Shown piece by piece: positions 15,008-23,262 of a DNA stretch of 25,822 nt (position 1 is its first letter; each line of letters begins with the position of its first letter). The notes beneath the pieces were generated by a model. It was not told where the DNA came from and made no database searches. It saw nothing but the letters and a program-made list of their open reading frames with translations. Position numbers and translations under genes: made by a program. Where the stretch lies: positions 1 to 25,822 of the forward strand of contig JBBQIR010000030.1 in the NCBI GenBank assembly GCA_038325105.1, read 5' to 3'. This DNA comes from Coriobacteriia bacterium. GTDB taxonomy: Bacteria; Actinomycetota; Coriobacteriia; Anaerosomatales; Anaerosomataceae.

Positions 15008-17236
15008 CTACACCTCGGCGTCCAGCTCCTTCTTCTTCGCTGCGGGCTTGTCCTCCGCGGCTGCGGCCACGGCCTGGTCGCGAAGCTGCTGCTTCATGGC
15101 TGCGACCATCTCGGCCTGCGCCGGATCGGCCAGTCGTTCGGCCGCCGCGGTGAAATCGCCGAGCTTGTCGGTCGCCATGAGCGACATGAGCAGCCCGAAC
15201 GCGTTCATGTTCGCACCACTGTCGCCGCTGCCGGCTTCGCCACCGCCACCGCCCATGTTCACCACGGTGCTCGGGACGATCGGCACCTTCGACGTCTCGA
15301 TTGCCGTGGCGAGCTTCGTCATGACGTCCTGCATAAGCTGCAGCTGCGGGCCACCATACGCCTTGACCTGCTCGTCGATGGCGATAGCCTTACCGATACC
15401 GACCTTCGCTTCCTTCTCGGCATCAGCCGAGGCAATGAGCTTGACGCGCAGGGCGTCGGCCTCACCGATCTTCTTCACGCGGGTGGCGTCGGCCTGAGCC
15501 ATGAGCTCGACCTTCTGGGCGTCGGCGCCGGCCATGAGCTTGACCTTCTCGGCGTCACCGGCGGCAAGCGTCTTCACGCGGTCCGCATCGGCCTTCGCGA
15601 GCGTCCGGACGCGCTCGGCGTCCTGCACGGCACGCTGCAGATCGGCGCGGGCCTGGTTCTCCTGCACTTGGATGTTGATCTGTGACTGCGTGAGCGCGGT
15701 CTGCTGCTCGGCGATCGACTGCGCCTCTTTGAGCTCGCGTTCCTTGTCGGCAGCGATGCGCTGCTTCTCGAAGGTCTCCAGCTTCTCGTAGGCGATCTGG
15801 CGATCGCGCAGCTGCATGAGGATCGTCTCAATCTTGTCGTCGCCGACCATCGAGTGCGGCGTACCGATGAGAACCTCTTCGAGCTCCAGGTTGTAGTGAG
15901 CGAACTTCTCCTGCATCTCGACCGACGAGTTCTTCTGGATGTCGGAACGCTGCTGGATGAGCTCGATGATGGTCTTGGTCTGGCCGATGTTCTTGAAGTA
16001 CGCCGAGACCATCGGGTCGAGGGTCTGGTTGACGAGCATCTTGATGTCACCGAACCGCTGGATAACGAGCGGCGCCTTCTTGTAGTCGATGTGGATAACC
16101 ACCGAGAGCGGCAGGAGCGGCTCGAACGCATCCTTGGTAATCAGGTTCACCTCGGCCAGGTTCTCGTCGTAGTGATGCTCGCCCACTTCGCCACGGACCC
16201 ACTTAAGGATGATGTTGGTGGTCGGAACCATGACGATCGCGCCGGCGTATGTGTTGAACGCATACTTGCCGGGCAGGAGCGCCTCGTTCCAGACACCGCG
16301 GTTGCCGGGGGCGACGAGTTCGCCGTGACGGTACTCCTCGCCCGACGTGTCGGTACCCTTGGGGCCGATATAGCTCACGACGACGCCGGCAAAACCGACG
16401 GCGACCGTGACCTTCGGAATGACCTCGACAGTGCCGAAGAGGCGGTTGATGAAGTACGTGCCCTCGGTCAGCACCTGGTACTGGCGTCCGCGATAGCCGC
16501 CTGCAGCGAGGAACTTCTCGGGGTTCTGGAAGTTGTTGTGATAGTTGGGGTCTGCGGCCTTGTCGCCGACCGCCGGTGCGATGATGTCGCCCATCGGCAG
16601 CGAAGGACCGTCGTGGATCGTGACGATGCCGGTGCGGTCGTCGGCGCCACGGATGATAACCGGGTCGAACCCGCCGAGGCTGTGCAGGTACGTGGCCATC
16701 GACTCGATGGTCATGTCTTCTTCCTTGCTGCCCATGGGCAGGTAGAACGTGCGCGTCTCGGTGATGACGACGAACTGCGCCAGGTTGAACGCGTAGGTAC
16801 CTTCACGAAGGATGGCACGCTGCGGACCACGCTGGCCACCGTTGGCGAAGAACGCCTGAACGTCCTGGAAGTAGTTGCAGTCAACTAACCGGGCGAGTGT
16901 TTGCTCCGGCTCGAGCGGCTCTCCGTCTCGCGAGAACACGTACCCGATCTTGCCCTGCGGAATGGTAATGAGCGGCATCACGTGCACGCGATACATGAGC
17001 GGCGTGCGGAAGTGGATACCGCCTCGCAGCACGCTCGGCTGGTAACCGGCTTCGCCCTTGAGCGCGATGATGTTGTCCTTCAGCGAGCCCTTGGGTGACC
17101 ACCACTTCTCCATGATGCCCACACGGTCAGAGCGGATGACCCGCACGCCGAACAGGAACCACAGCAACCAGAATAGGATGAAGCCTCCGAAAAGAATGGC
17201 GCCGGCAGCACCAACGAGGCCAACGACAGCTTCCAC
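15008..17236 (-). CDS. Flotillin / SPFH-domain (band-7) membrane protein with long coiled-coil tail, 742 aa
   Basis: N-terminal TM helix, then an SPFH-like region, then a C-terminal run of flotillin-type Ala/Glu-rich 11-residue repeats (ADADRVKTLAK / GDAEKVKLMAG / ADAQKVELMAQ / ADATRVKKIGE / ADALRVKLIAS). GTG start at 17236 with a GGGGGA ribosome-binding site. Confidence 0.8.
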   Translation of the reverse strand: MEAVVGLVGAAGAILFGGFILFWLLWFLFGVRVIRSDRVGIMEKWWSPKGSLKDNIIALKGEAGYQPSVLRGGIHFRTPLMYRVHVMPLITIPQGKIGYVFSRDGEPLEPEQTLARLVDCNYFQDVQAFFANGGQRGPQRAILREGTYAFNLAQFVVITETRTFYLPMGSKEEDMTIESMATYLHSLGGFDPVIIRGADDRTGIVTIHDGPSLPMGDIIAPAVGDKAADPNYHNNFQNPEKFLAAGGYRGRQYQVLTEGTYFINRLFGTVEVIPKVTVAVGFAGVVVSYIGPKGTDTSGEEYRHGELVAPGNRGVWNEALLPGKYAFNTYAGAIVMVPTTNIILKWVRGEVGEHHYDENLAEVNLITKDAFEPLLPLSVVIHIDYKKAPLVIQRFGDIKMLVNQTLDPMVSAYFKNIGQTKTIIELIQQRSDIQKNSSVEMQEKFAHYNLELEEVLIGTPHSMVGDDKIETILMQLRDRQIAYEKLETFEKQRIAADKERELKEAQSIAEQQTALTQSQINIQVQENQARADLQRAVQDAERVRTLAKADADRVKTLAAGDAEKVKLMAGADAQKVELMAQADATRVKKIGEADALRVKLIASADAEKEAKVGIGKAIAIDEQVKAYGGPQLQLMQDVMTKLATAIETSKVPIVPSTVVNMGGGGGEAGSGDSGANMNAFGLLMSLMATDKLGDFTAAAERLADPAQAEMVAAMKQQLRDQAVAAAAEDKPAAKKKELDAEV
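15403..15620. repeat. About 6 tandem 33-nt (11-codon) repeats inside the flotillin gene
   Basis: Periodic ...gcgtcggc...catgagct(c/t)gacc(t)tct(g/c)ggcgtc... units are visible on the + strand. They encode ADAxKVKLxAx heptad/hendecad repeats. Confidence 0.6.
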
Positions 17237-17370
17237 TATTTCCCCCGATCATGTTCGCGACTGAGACTGCTCAGTCACGAGTCTACACGGAATGAACGAC
17301 ATTCGGTCGTGCGGAACCAGCGCCGGGACGCGAGGCGCGGATACCGCTCAGCAAGAAGGTCCGGCCGGCC

Positions 17371-17778
17371 TCACCCCAGCCAGCGCGCGACGAAGTACCC
17401 GGCAGTCGAAACGACTGCGGTAAGTGTGGTACCCCAGATGAGATCGACGACCGCGACGATCGGCGGCCACCCCACGAGCGTCGAAAGGTTCGTGATGTCG
17501 TACGTCCCGTACGCGACAAGCCCGAGCAGTGCTCCGCCGAGAATCGCCTGCATGAGCGACCCCTTCTCGGCAGCAGGCAGCACGACAAGCACGAGTGCGC
17601 CAACGACGTACACGAGATAGAAGAGCAACGCGACACCAAGGTTGGGCGTCTCGCGCATCATGCTTCCGAGTTGCTTGCGGTAGAAGCTGTCGCCCATCGT
17701 GGATAGCCAGACGAAATCCATGCCGAGGAACACGACGAGAGTGATCGCGTACAGGCCGAGCAGTTTGAGTGGTGACAT
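17371..17778 (-). CDS. Small integral membrane protein (DUF2177-like, 4 TM), 135 aa
   Basis: Hydrophobic ORF immediately upstream of and co-oriented with the flotillin gene (134-nt gap containing a 7-bp hairpin at 17249-17268). The family call is from memory of DUF2177 topology only. Confidence 0.5.
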   Translation of the reverse strand: MSPLKLLGLYAITLVVFLGMDFVWLSTMGDSFYRKQLGSMMRETPNLGVALLFYLVYVVGALVLVVLPAAEKGSLMQAILGGALLGLVAYGTYDITNLSTLVGWPPIVAVVDLIWGTTLTAVVSTAGYFVARWLG

Positions 17779-17926
17779 GCGTGAACCCTCCGTAGGTCGC
17801 TACTTATCTGAGTTCATACCCCTGGAAGCACGTTCAATCCACCAGTAATTAGTGTGCGTCCTGCAGAGCGCATGCCGGTCGTCGAGCGACGCTTCACATG
17901 ACGGGCTCTTGTGCCGATAGCTTGGG

Positions 17927-17943
17927 TAGTACCACTAGTACTA
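17927..17943. promoter_or_regulatory. Perfect inverted repeat TAGTAC-N5-GTACTA, 16 nt upstream of the start codon of the secreted repeat protein
   Basis: Read directly (tagtac cacta gtacta). Lies between a plausible promoter region and the GGGAG ribosome-binding site. This is an operator-like geometry for a dimeric regulator. Confidence 0.35.
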
Positions 17944-17959
17944 TCTAGGGAGCGCGCCC

Positions 17960-18535
17960 ATGAAACGATCGCTGTATTTCATCCTCGCAGTTGTTCTCAT
18001 CACTGCGCTAATGTCGCCGACGCTTGCGTTCGCGGGCAAGGGCAACGCCGGGGGCACGGACAAGGCAGCCAAAGCGACGTCTGCCTCTGATGCATCAGAG
18101 AAGGCCGTGAAGCAGGATAAGACTGAGGCAAAAGCGGCCAAGTCCGATGCGAAAGCCGAGCGTAAGGGCGACAAGGCACCTCAGCAGCGGGGCGAAGGCG
18201 CGGAGTCCGAAGACGCCACACCGCACGCATCCGTCGAGGCGACACGAGTAGCCCCCGGAAAGCTCAATGCGTTCGCGCGTATCACCGCGAATCTCGAGAA
18301 GTCGGTGGCCAAGATCGCCGACGGCACCAAGACGCAGCTACCGCCGGGACTGGTACGTGTGTGGCTGAAGTTCGCGGGTTGGCTCGGCATCGACCCGTCG
18401 ACCATGCCGGGTACCCCGAGCTCGCCGCCTACCGAGGAGCCCACGAGCACCGTCGAGCCAACCGCTACGGTTGAGCCAACCGGTACCGTCGAGCCCACGC
18501 CGACAGTCGAACCTGTGGTGGTTCCCTCCTGGTAG
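17960..18535 (+). CDS. Secreted low-complexity protein: Sec signal peptide (…TLAFA|GKG), Lys/Ala/Asp-rich region, C-terminal TVEPT pentapeptide repeats; 191 aa
   Basis: MKRSLYFILAVVLITALMSPTLAFA has the n/h/c signal peptide structure with an AxA cleavage site. The C-terminus reads EEPTSTVEPTATVEPTGTVEPTPTVEPVVVPSW. GGGAG ribosome-binding site upstream. Confidence 0.6.
   Translation: MKRSLYFILAVVLITALMSPTLAFAGKGNAGGTDKAAKATSASDASEKAVKQDKTEAKAAKSDAKAERKGDKAPQQRGEGAESEDATPHASVEATRVAPGKLNAFARITANLEKSVAKIADGTKTQLPPGLVRVWLKFAGWLGIDPSTMPGTPSSPPTEEPTSTVEPTATVEPTGTVEPTPTVEPVVVPSW
18431..18517 (+). repeat. 5-6 tandem 15-nt repeats (acc gtc gag cc(a/c) ac(c/g)) encoding TVEPT
   Basis: Seen directly in the nucleotide and protein sequence. 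Confidence 0.6.
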
Positions 18536-18545
18536 CAAGACCGCA

Positions 18546-19832
18546 TTATTCGGTCTGTGACAGCCCGAGTCCGTTCGCGATGCCCTCGGCGAGCGCTTCG
18601 ATCCGCTCCGCCGAGAAGTTCTTCGTCTCCATGACCATGTGCTTGCAGTCGTAAAGGCTCCAGTCACGGGTGAGTATCTTGAGACCGAGCTCCTCGGCGC
18701 GCTCAAAGAACATCGTTCCGGGGAATGGGGTCGTATACGAAATCAACAGCTTGCCGCCGGCGTCGCGGATGTCACCCATGAACGCTGCGGTCTGAGTCAG
18801 CGTCTCCTCGGTGTCATCCGGAAACGGGATCATGAACGAACAGGAGACTGCGATACCGGCGTCAACGGCGCTGCGAACGGCTTCGAGAGCGTCGTCCTTC
18901 TGGATGCCTTTGACCGAGTCGAGGATCTCCTGGGCGCCTGACTCGATGCCGAACTGGATGCCGGTGCATCCCGTTTCGGCCATCCGACGCAGCAGTGCGT
19001 CATCCACGCGATCAACCCGGGTGGCGCAGCCCCAGGTGAAGCCGCCACCGCGCGCCTCGATCGCGTCCATGAGCTCGACGAGCCACGGCCGATCAAGGGT
19101 GAGGATGTCGTCGACGAAGAACACGTGCTCCGCACCGTAGTCGCGAATGACCTCGCCGACTTCGGCGAGGACGTCGGCCACTGGTCGCATGCGCCTCCGA
19201 CCGCCCCAGATGTACGAAGCAGAGCAGAACGGGCAGCGGTACGGACAGCCGCCCCGAGAAGCAAGGACATTGTGGGCATCCTCGTAGAACTCGAGAGAAA
19301 GCAGCTGTCGTGCGGGTCGACCAATGTCGGCCGAGTCGAGCGGCTCGCGAGGTGCGTTGAGCGTGGGCACGCCGTCGACCTTGTGACCGAGACCGGCGAC
19401 GAGACCGAGTGTCGCGGAATCTGCGCCCTCCTCGAGCGCCCGAACGAGTTCCGCAGCGGTCTGCTCGCCCTCGCCAACCGCGACAAAGTCGACGTTTGGC
19501 TCAGCGAGCGCATCGAGCGGCACGATACTGGCGTGCGGTCCCCCGAAGATGACCGGGATACGCGGGTCGTGTTCTTTGACCAAGCGTGCAATCACGAGGG
19601 CATTGGGATAGGTTTCCGTGTGCGAAGAGACGCCCACCAGGTCCGGACGAACGCGATTGAGCGTGGCTGTGATTCGCGCCGGGTTCAGGCTCGTCACGTT
19701 GAGATCGACGAGGTCGACCTCGTGCCCCTGGTCGAGCAGGTACTGAGCGACGTACGCCAGTCCGAGCGGCGGTGACAGGCGTGCGTGTGGGCTCCTGATC
19801 GAGACCGGTGCCTGGAAGAGCAGTACCTTCAT
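18546..19832 (-). CDS. Cobalamin-binding (class B) radical SAM protein, 428 aa
   Basis: N-terminal B12-binding Rossmann-like region (MKVLLFQAPV...PPLGLAYVAQYLLDQGHEVDLVDLNV...IPVIFGGPHAS), then a radical-SAM core with a CPYRCPFCSAS (Cx3Cx2C-variant) cluster motif. GAGGAGG ribosome-binding site upstream of ATG 19832. Same strand as, and 97 nt downstream of, the AOR operon genes. Confidence 0.8.
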   Translation of the reverse strand: MKVLLFQAPVSIRSPHARLSPPLGLAYVAQYLLDQGHEVDLVDLNVTSLNPARITATLNRVRPDLVGVSSHTETYPNALVIARLVKEHDPRIPVIFGGPHASIVPLDALAEPNVDFVAVGEGEQTAAELVRALEEGADSATLGLVAGLGHKVDGVPTLNAPREPLDSADIGRPARQLLSLEFYEDAHNVLASRGGCPYRCPFCSASYIWGGRRRMRPVADVLAEVGEVIRDYGAEHVFFVDDILTLDRPWLVELMDAIEARGGGFTWGCATRVDRVDDALLRRMAETGCTGIQFGIESGAQEILDSVKGIQKDDALEAVRSAVDAGIAVSCSFMIPFPDDTEETLTQTAAFMGDIRDAGGKLLISYTTPFPGTMFFERAEELGLKILTRDWSLYDCKHMVMETKNFSAERIEALAEGIANGLGLSQTE

Positions 19833-19928
19833 CGCACACGCACCTCCTCAGGTTGGCTCAGATAGTGGAAGGCGCCGACCCCGCCGATGCGGGACCGGCA
19901 CCTTCACCAGTGCAGTGGAGAAGAGCGG

Positions 19929-20336
19929 CTACTCAGCCGCTGCCTCTGTGATACCCAGGGCCTGTTTGGCCTGGTCGATTCTCGACGCAATCAGTTCCTT
20001 CAGTTCAGGCACGAGATATCCATACGCCTTGCGAGTGGAGGCGATGGTGTCCAGCGCTGCGGAAAGCTCCGCATCGCCCAGCACCTCACCTACCCACGTG
20101 GCCAGATGTATCGGATCGACGTAGTTGACCGTCGCCCACGCGCCACCGAGCGCTACTTGCTTCCCGTCGTGGAGGACGAGGAAACGCTCTGCCTGTTCCA
20201 GGCTGAAGAGTCGGACGGGCCTCGTCCCTGCCATGGGAGTCAGAATGCCGGCTTCGAGAGCCTCGGTCGCCTCCACACGGCGCAGGATCTTCTCGGCCAT
20301 CTTAGTGTCGAGGGTTGCTAGAAGGGTTTCACTCAT
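19929..20336 (-). CDS. Hypothetical protein, 135 aa, translationally coupled to the AOR gene
   Basis: ATG 20336-20334 overlaps the AOR stop TGA 20335-20333 (TCAT on + strand at 20333-20336). Non-repetitive, balanced composition (MSETLLATLDTKMAEKILRRVEATEALEAGIL...). No family recognised. Confidence 0.5.
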   Translation of the reverse strand: MSETLLATLDTKMAEKILRRVEATEALEAGILTPMAGTRPVRLFSLEQAERFLVLHDGKQVALGGAWATVNYVDPIHLATWVGEVLGDAELSAALDTIASTRKAYGYLVPELKELIASRIDQAKQALGITEAAAE

Positions 20337-22438
20337 GCTGACGCACCCAGCTTCCCGGCCTTCTCGAGCTCGTCGGCCACATTCGCCAAGTCAAGCTCCT
20401 CAAGCGTGGCACGGGTCGGCCAACCGGACTTGATATCCCAGCCTTCAAGCTTGAAGAACAGGGACTTCCAGTCCTCGACCTTCTGGCGATCGAGTATGCG
20501 GCCAGCCACGCTCTTGAACGACCACTCGTTGTCCTCGAACACCGGCATGGTGTAGGGAGCCTCGTAGGTCGTCGTGCCCGGCTGCGCGCCGACTTTGTAG
20601 CTGTACTCGCTGAAGACCTCGATATCGCGATGGCGACCCTGAAGAGCCCAGACCGCACGGTCGATGTTCCAGATCCTGCGTCCGACCTCCATGCCCTCTT
20701 CAAAGGTCATGTCATCGCCGGTGACGGCGTTCATGAACTTGTTCTCGCCGATGCTCGTCATGCCTTCCATGTCGGGACCGTAAGGGTTCACGAAGTCCGC
20801 CCATGCCCAGTCACAGAAGAGCATCGACTGCTTAAAGAAGCGCGTGTAGTGGCGATGCCATGCGACCGTCTTGGCCATAGCTTCCGAGTAGATGCCCTCG
20901 TCGCTGTAGTTGATCATCATCGGGTCGTTGTACGGCGCCGTCTTGCCGGCGAAGATCTCGGACAGACGCTTCGCGCTGACCGGCGGCTCAAGACCGAACA
21001 GGCCGTTGATGGTCGGTGTCCAGTAGACGCTCCAGTTGAAGTCGTGCTCGTTGATATCGCGCTCGCCCATCAGCGAACCGTATCCCCACTCGACCTCGGT
21101 ACGTGCGTCGTAGTGGTGCGGGAGACCCCACTCCTGAAGCGGCAGAATACCGCTCGTGGTATCCATCGCAAGCCGGCCCCACTTCTCGGCCGCCTGTGCG
21201 ACGCCCTTGCAGAGCTCCTTGCCAATGTCGGTCTGGGTAACGATGCTGTTGATGAACGCCTCGGCCCATTCGCCGGAGCCGAATTTGTCGAACGGAAGGT
21301 TCGAGTCGATCTCCTTGCCCTTGCCCATGATGCCCTTGTTGTACAGCTGCTCGATCCACAGCGTGGCTGCTTCGACAGCGAAAGCGTTGACGCCGGCAAG
21401 CTGAATGGCATCGGCGGCGCGAGGGGACGCGTCGGTGACGTGACCGTTTGCGATGACGTCGTGATGGTCGTACCAGAAGAAGTCGACACACTGGGACTCG
21501 TTGCCCTGGCCGGTGTCTGTTCTACCTCGGCAGTTGCGGATGCAGCCGACGCAGCCCTGCGGGCGTGACTTGGTGCCCTCGGGGTTGTCTTGGATCGTCG
21601 AGAGTGGCCTGCCTGGCGTGCTGGCGAAGGCGACAAGACCGACGTATTCGGCGGGCTTGTCGTGGTGTCCCGCGAACGAGTAGTCGTTGGCCCAGAGGCG
21701 AGCCTTCATGAGCGCATCCGGATCAGCAATGCTCACGCCGCCGGTGCCGACCACACTGATGGCCTTGAGGTTCTTCGAGGCGAAGACTCCGCCGAAGCCG
21801 CCCTGCCCGGCACCGTTGCCGGCGTCATGCACGAGCGCCGCCATGGGACCATACTTCTCCGCGTTCGGACCGGACGTGAGGACGGCGGGGTGCTGCGTGG
21901 TACGCCCCGCGTCACGCGAGGTCCCCATGTTGGCCCAGCCACTGTCCTTCTTGCTCGGCTCGACGCGTGCCCAGATCTCTTCCTGGGTCTCGCGAGTGTT
22001 CAGGCCCCAGAGATCCTTGGCGTCTTGAAGCTTGACGTCACCGTTGATGATATTGAGCCAGACCTGCTTGGGCGACTTGCCCGTGAGCACGATGCCATCC
22101 CACCCGGCGAACTTCAGCTGGGTCGAGAAACGACCGCCGAAGTTGGAGCGGGTGAACCAGCCGATCGGGTAGGCCTGGATGCCGATGCCCTGAACCTCGG
22201 TGCGGCCCGCCACCGAAGGAGCGAGCGTGCCGGAGAGCGGCGACGTCATGAGCGTGACGACGTTGCCGGGATCGGTTCCCTTGATCGTCTTGTCCGTGCA
22301 CAAGTCGAAGAAGATGGCGGAGCCGATACCATGTCCACCACCCCAGGACTGGTACTTCTCTGTGGAGATCTCGTCAAATGTACCGGTGGTGAGATCCACC
22401 TTCAGGATCTTTCCGGTGTATCCCTTACTGATTGCCAT
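20333..22438 (-). CDS. Aldehyde:ferredoxin oxidoreductase family protein (tungsto/molybdo-pterin, AOR/YdhV-like), ~701 aa
   Basis: N-terminal AOR domain MAISKGYTGKILKVDLTTGTFDEISTEKY...GGHGIGS (compare AOR MYGxxGxILRVxLTTG). Mid-protein cysteine cluster (GCVGCIRNCRGRT) and about 700 aa length typical of the AOR family. The start is chosen at ATG 22438 (GGAGG, 6-nt spacer); the track offers 22441. Confidence 0.85.
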   Translation of the reverse strand: MAISKGYTGKILKVDLTTGTFDEISTEKYQSWGGGHGIGSAIFFDLCTDKTIKGTDPGNVVTLMTSPLSGTLAPSVAGRTEVQGIGIQAYPIGWFTRSNFGGRFSTQLKFAGWDGIVLTGKSPKQVWLNIINGDVKLQDAKDLWGLNTRETQEEIWARVEPSKKDSGWANMGTSRDAGRTTQHPAVLTSGPNAEKYGPMAALVHDAGNGAGQGGFGGVFASKNLKAISVVGTGGVSIADPDALMKARLWANDYSFAGHHDKPAEYVGLVAFASTPGRPLSTIQDNPEGTKSRPQGCVGCIRNCRGRTDTGQGNESQCVDFFWYDHHDVIANGHVTDASPRAADAIQLAGVNAFAVEAATLWIEQLYNKGIMGKGKEIDSNLPFDKFGSGEWAEAFINSIVTQTDIGKELCKGVAQAAEKWGRLAMDTTSGILPLQEWGLPHHYDARTEVEWGYGSLMGERDINEHDFNWSVYWTPTINGLFGLEPPVSAKRLSEIFAGKTAPYNDPMMINYSDEGIYSEAMAKTVAWHRHYTRFFKQSMLFCDWAWADFVNPYGPDMEGMTSIGENKFMNAVTGDDMTFEEGMEVGRRIWNIDRAVWALQGRHRDIEVFSEYSYKVGAQPGTTTYEAPYTMPVFEDNEWSFKSVAGRILDRQKVEDWKSLFFKLEGWDIKSGWPTRATLEELDLANVADELEKAGKLGASA

Positions 22439-22488
22439 CATATGCCTCCGTGAATGTTGTCATTGGGTGCTCCGCGTGCCGCCTGGGA

Positions 22489-23226
22489 CTAGCCGAGATG
22501 ACCGCCCGACTCGGGCGCTCCTTCGAAGCCCAAGCTCTTCCATACCGTGCCGACACGCAGGTCGGTCTCGTAGCCGTCCGCGCTCTGAACCGGAAGCTCC
22601 TTCGTGAACTTGATGGCCCCCATGGGGCACACCTCTTCACAGGCACGCTTGCCGTCGGGGCCGCCGACTTCATCCCAGAACTTGGCACCCTCGCACAAGT
22701 CGCACTTCTGCGCATGCTTCTCCTCGAAGTTCCAAAGAGCGCGTGACGGGGTGAACGGGCAGGCGTTGACGCAGCGTTCGCAACCGACGCACTTGGCCTC
22801 GTCGACCGTGCGTACGCCTGTCTTGGCGTCGATATGCATTGCCCCGGTGGGACACGCTTCGACACAGGACGGGTACGGGCACTGTCGGCACTGCGAGATC
22901 GTGATGTCATCGGGGAACTTGCCCCACGGATCCTGGGTGATCTGGATTCTCGACAGAGACATGTTCGTCTCACCATGGTGCGTGAGCGAGCACGCCATCA
23001 TGCAACTCGTACAGCCGGCGCACTTCTTCGTGTCGACCAGCAAGTAGCCGCCCGACGCCTGAATCGCCAGGACCTTATCGGGAAGCAGGAGCGCTCCGCC
23101 GAGAAGACCTCCGACGATCGCGCCGATACCAACTCCGCCGACGCCGGTCATGAACTGCCGGCGTGACATCGTCTTGCTATCAACTACAGGGGTGACTTCC
23201 GTTGCTGTGTTCTTAAGGTCTGCCAT
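22489..23226 (-). CDS. Tat-signal four-cluster [4Fe-4S] ferredoxin-like electron-transfer subunit (HybA/FdhB/YdhX-like), ~246 aa
   Basis: Twin-arginine motif SRRQFMTGVGGVGIGAIVGG in the N-terminal 45 aa. Four Cys clusters: CAGCTSCMMAC...; CRQCPYPSCVEACP; CVGCERCVNACP; CDLCEG...CEEVCP. The start is chosen at ATG 23226 (AAAGGA ribosome-binding site, 6-nt spacer); the track ORF extends to 23244. Confidence 0.8.
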   Translation of the reverse strand: MADLKNTATEVTPVVDSKTMSRRQFMTGVGGVGIGAIVGGLLGGALLLPDKVLAIQASGGYLLVDTKKCAGCTSCMMACSLTHHGETNMSLSRIQITQDPWGKFPDDITISQCRQCPYPSCVEACPTGAMHIDAKTGVRTVDEAKCVGCERCVNACPFTPSRALWNFEEKHAQKCDLCEGAKFWDEVGGPDGKRACEEVCPMGAIKFTKELPVQSADGYETDLRVGTVWKSLGFEGAPESGGHLG

Positions 23227-23262
23227 CGTGTGTCCTTTTCTCATTTCGTCGTGGGCGTGCCA

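Noticed and set aside
15574-16888. ORFs 15574..16131(-), 15854..16888(+), 15048..15497(+), and similar, inside the flotillin locus
   Set aside because: Ser/Arg-rich or Asp/Val-rich shadow frames. The flotillin frame gives a coherent SPFH plus coiled-coil protein.
20630-22453. + strand ORFs 20630..21568 and 21590..22453 antisense to AOR
   Set aside because: Asp/Val/Arg-rich antisense frames. The AOR frame carries clear family motifs across its full length.
23169-23244. Alternative starts for the Tat-ferredoxin (23244 with MRKGHT..., or 23169 directly at MSRRQF)
   Set aside because: 23169 lacks any ribosome-binding site. 23244 has none either, and would place the start 18 nt from the cytochrome b stop. 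23226 has an AAAGGA ribosome-binding site with a 6-nt spacer. All three leave the RR motif within the signal region, so the functional call is unchanged.
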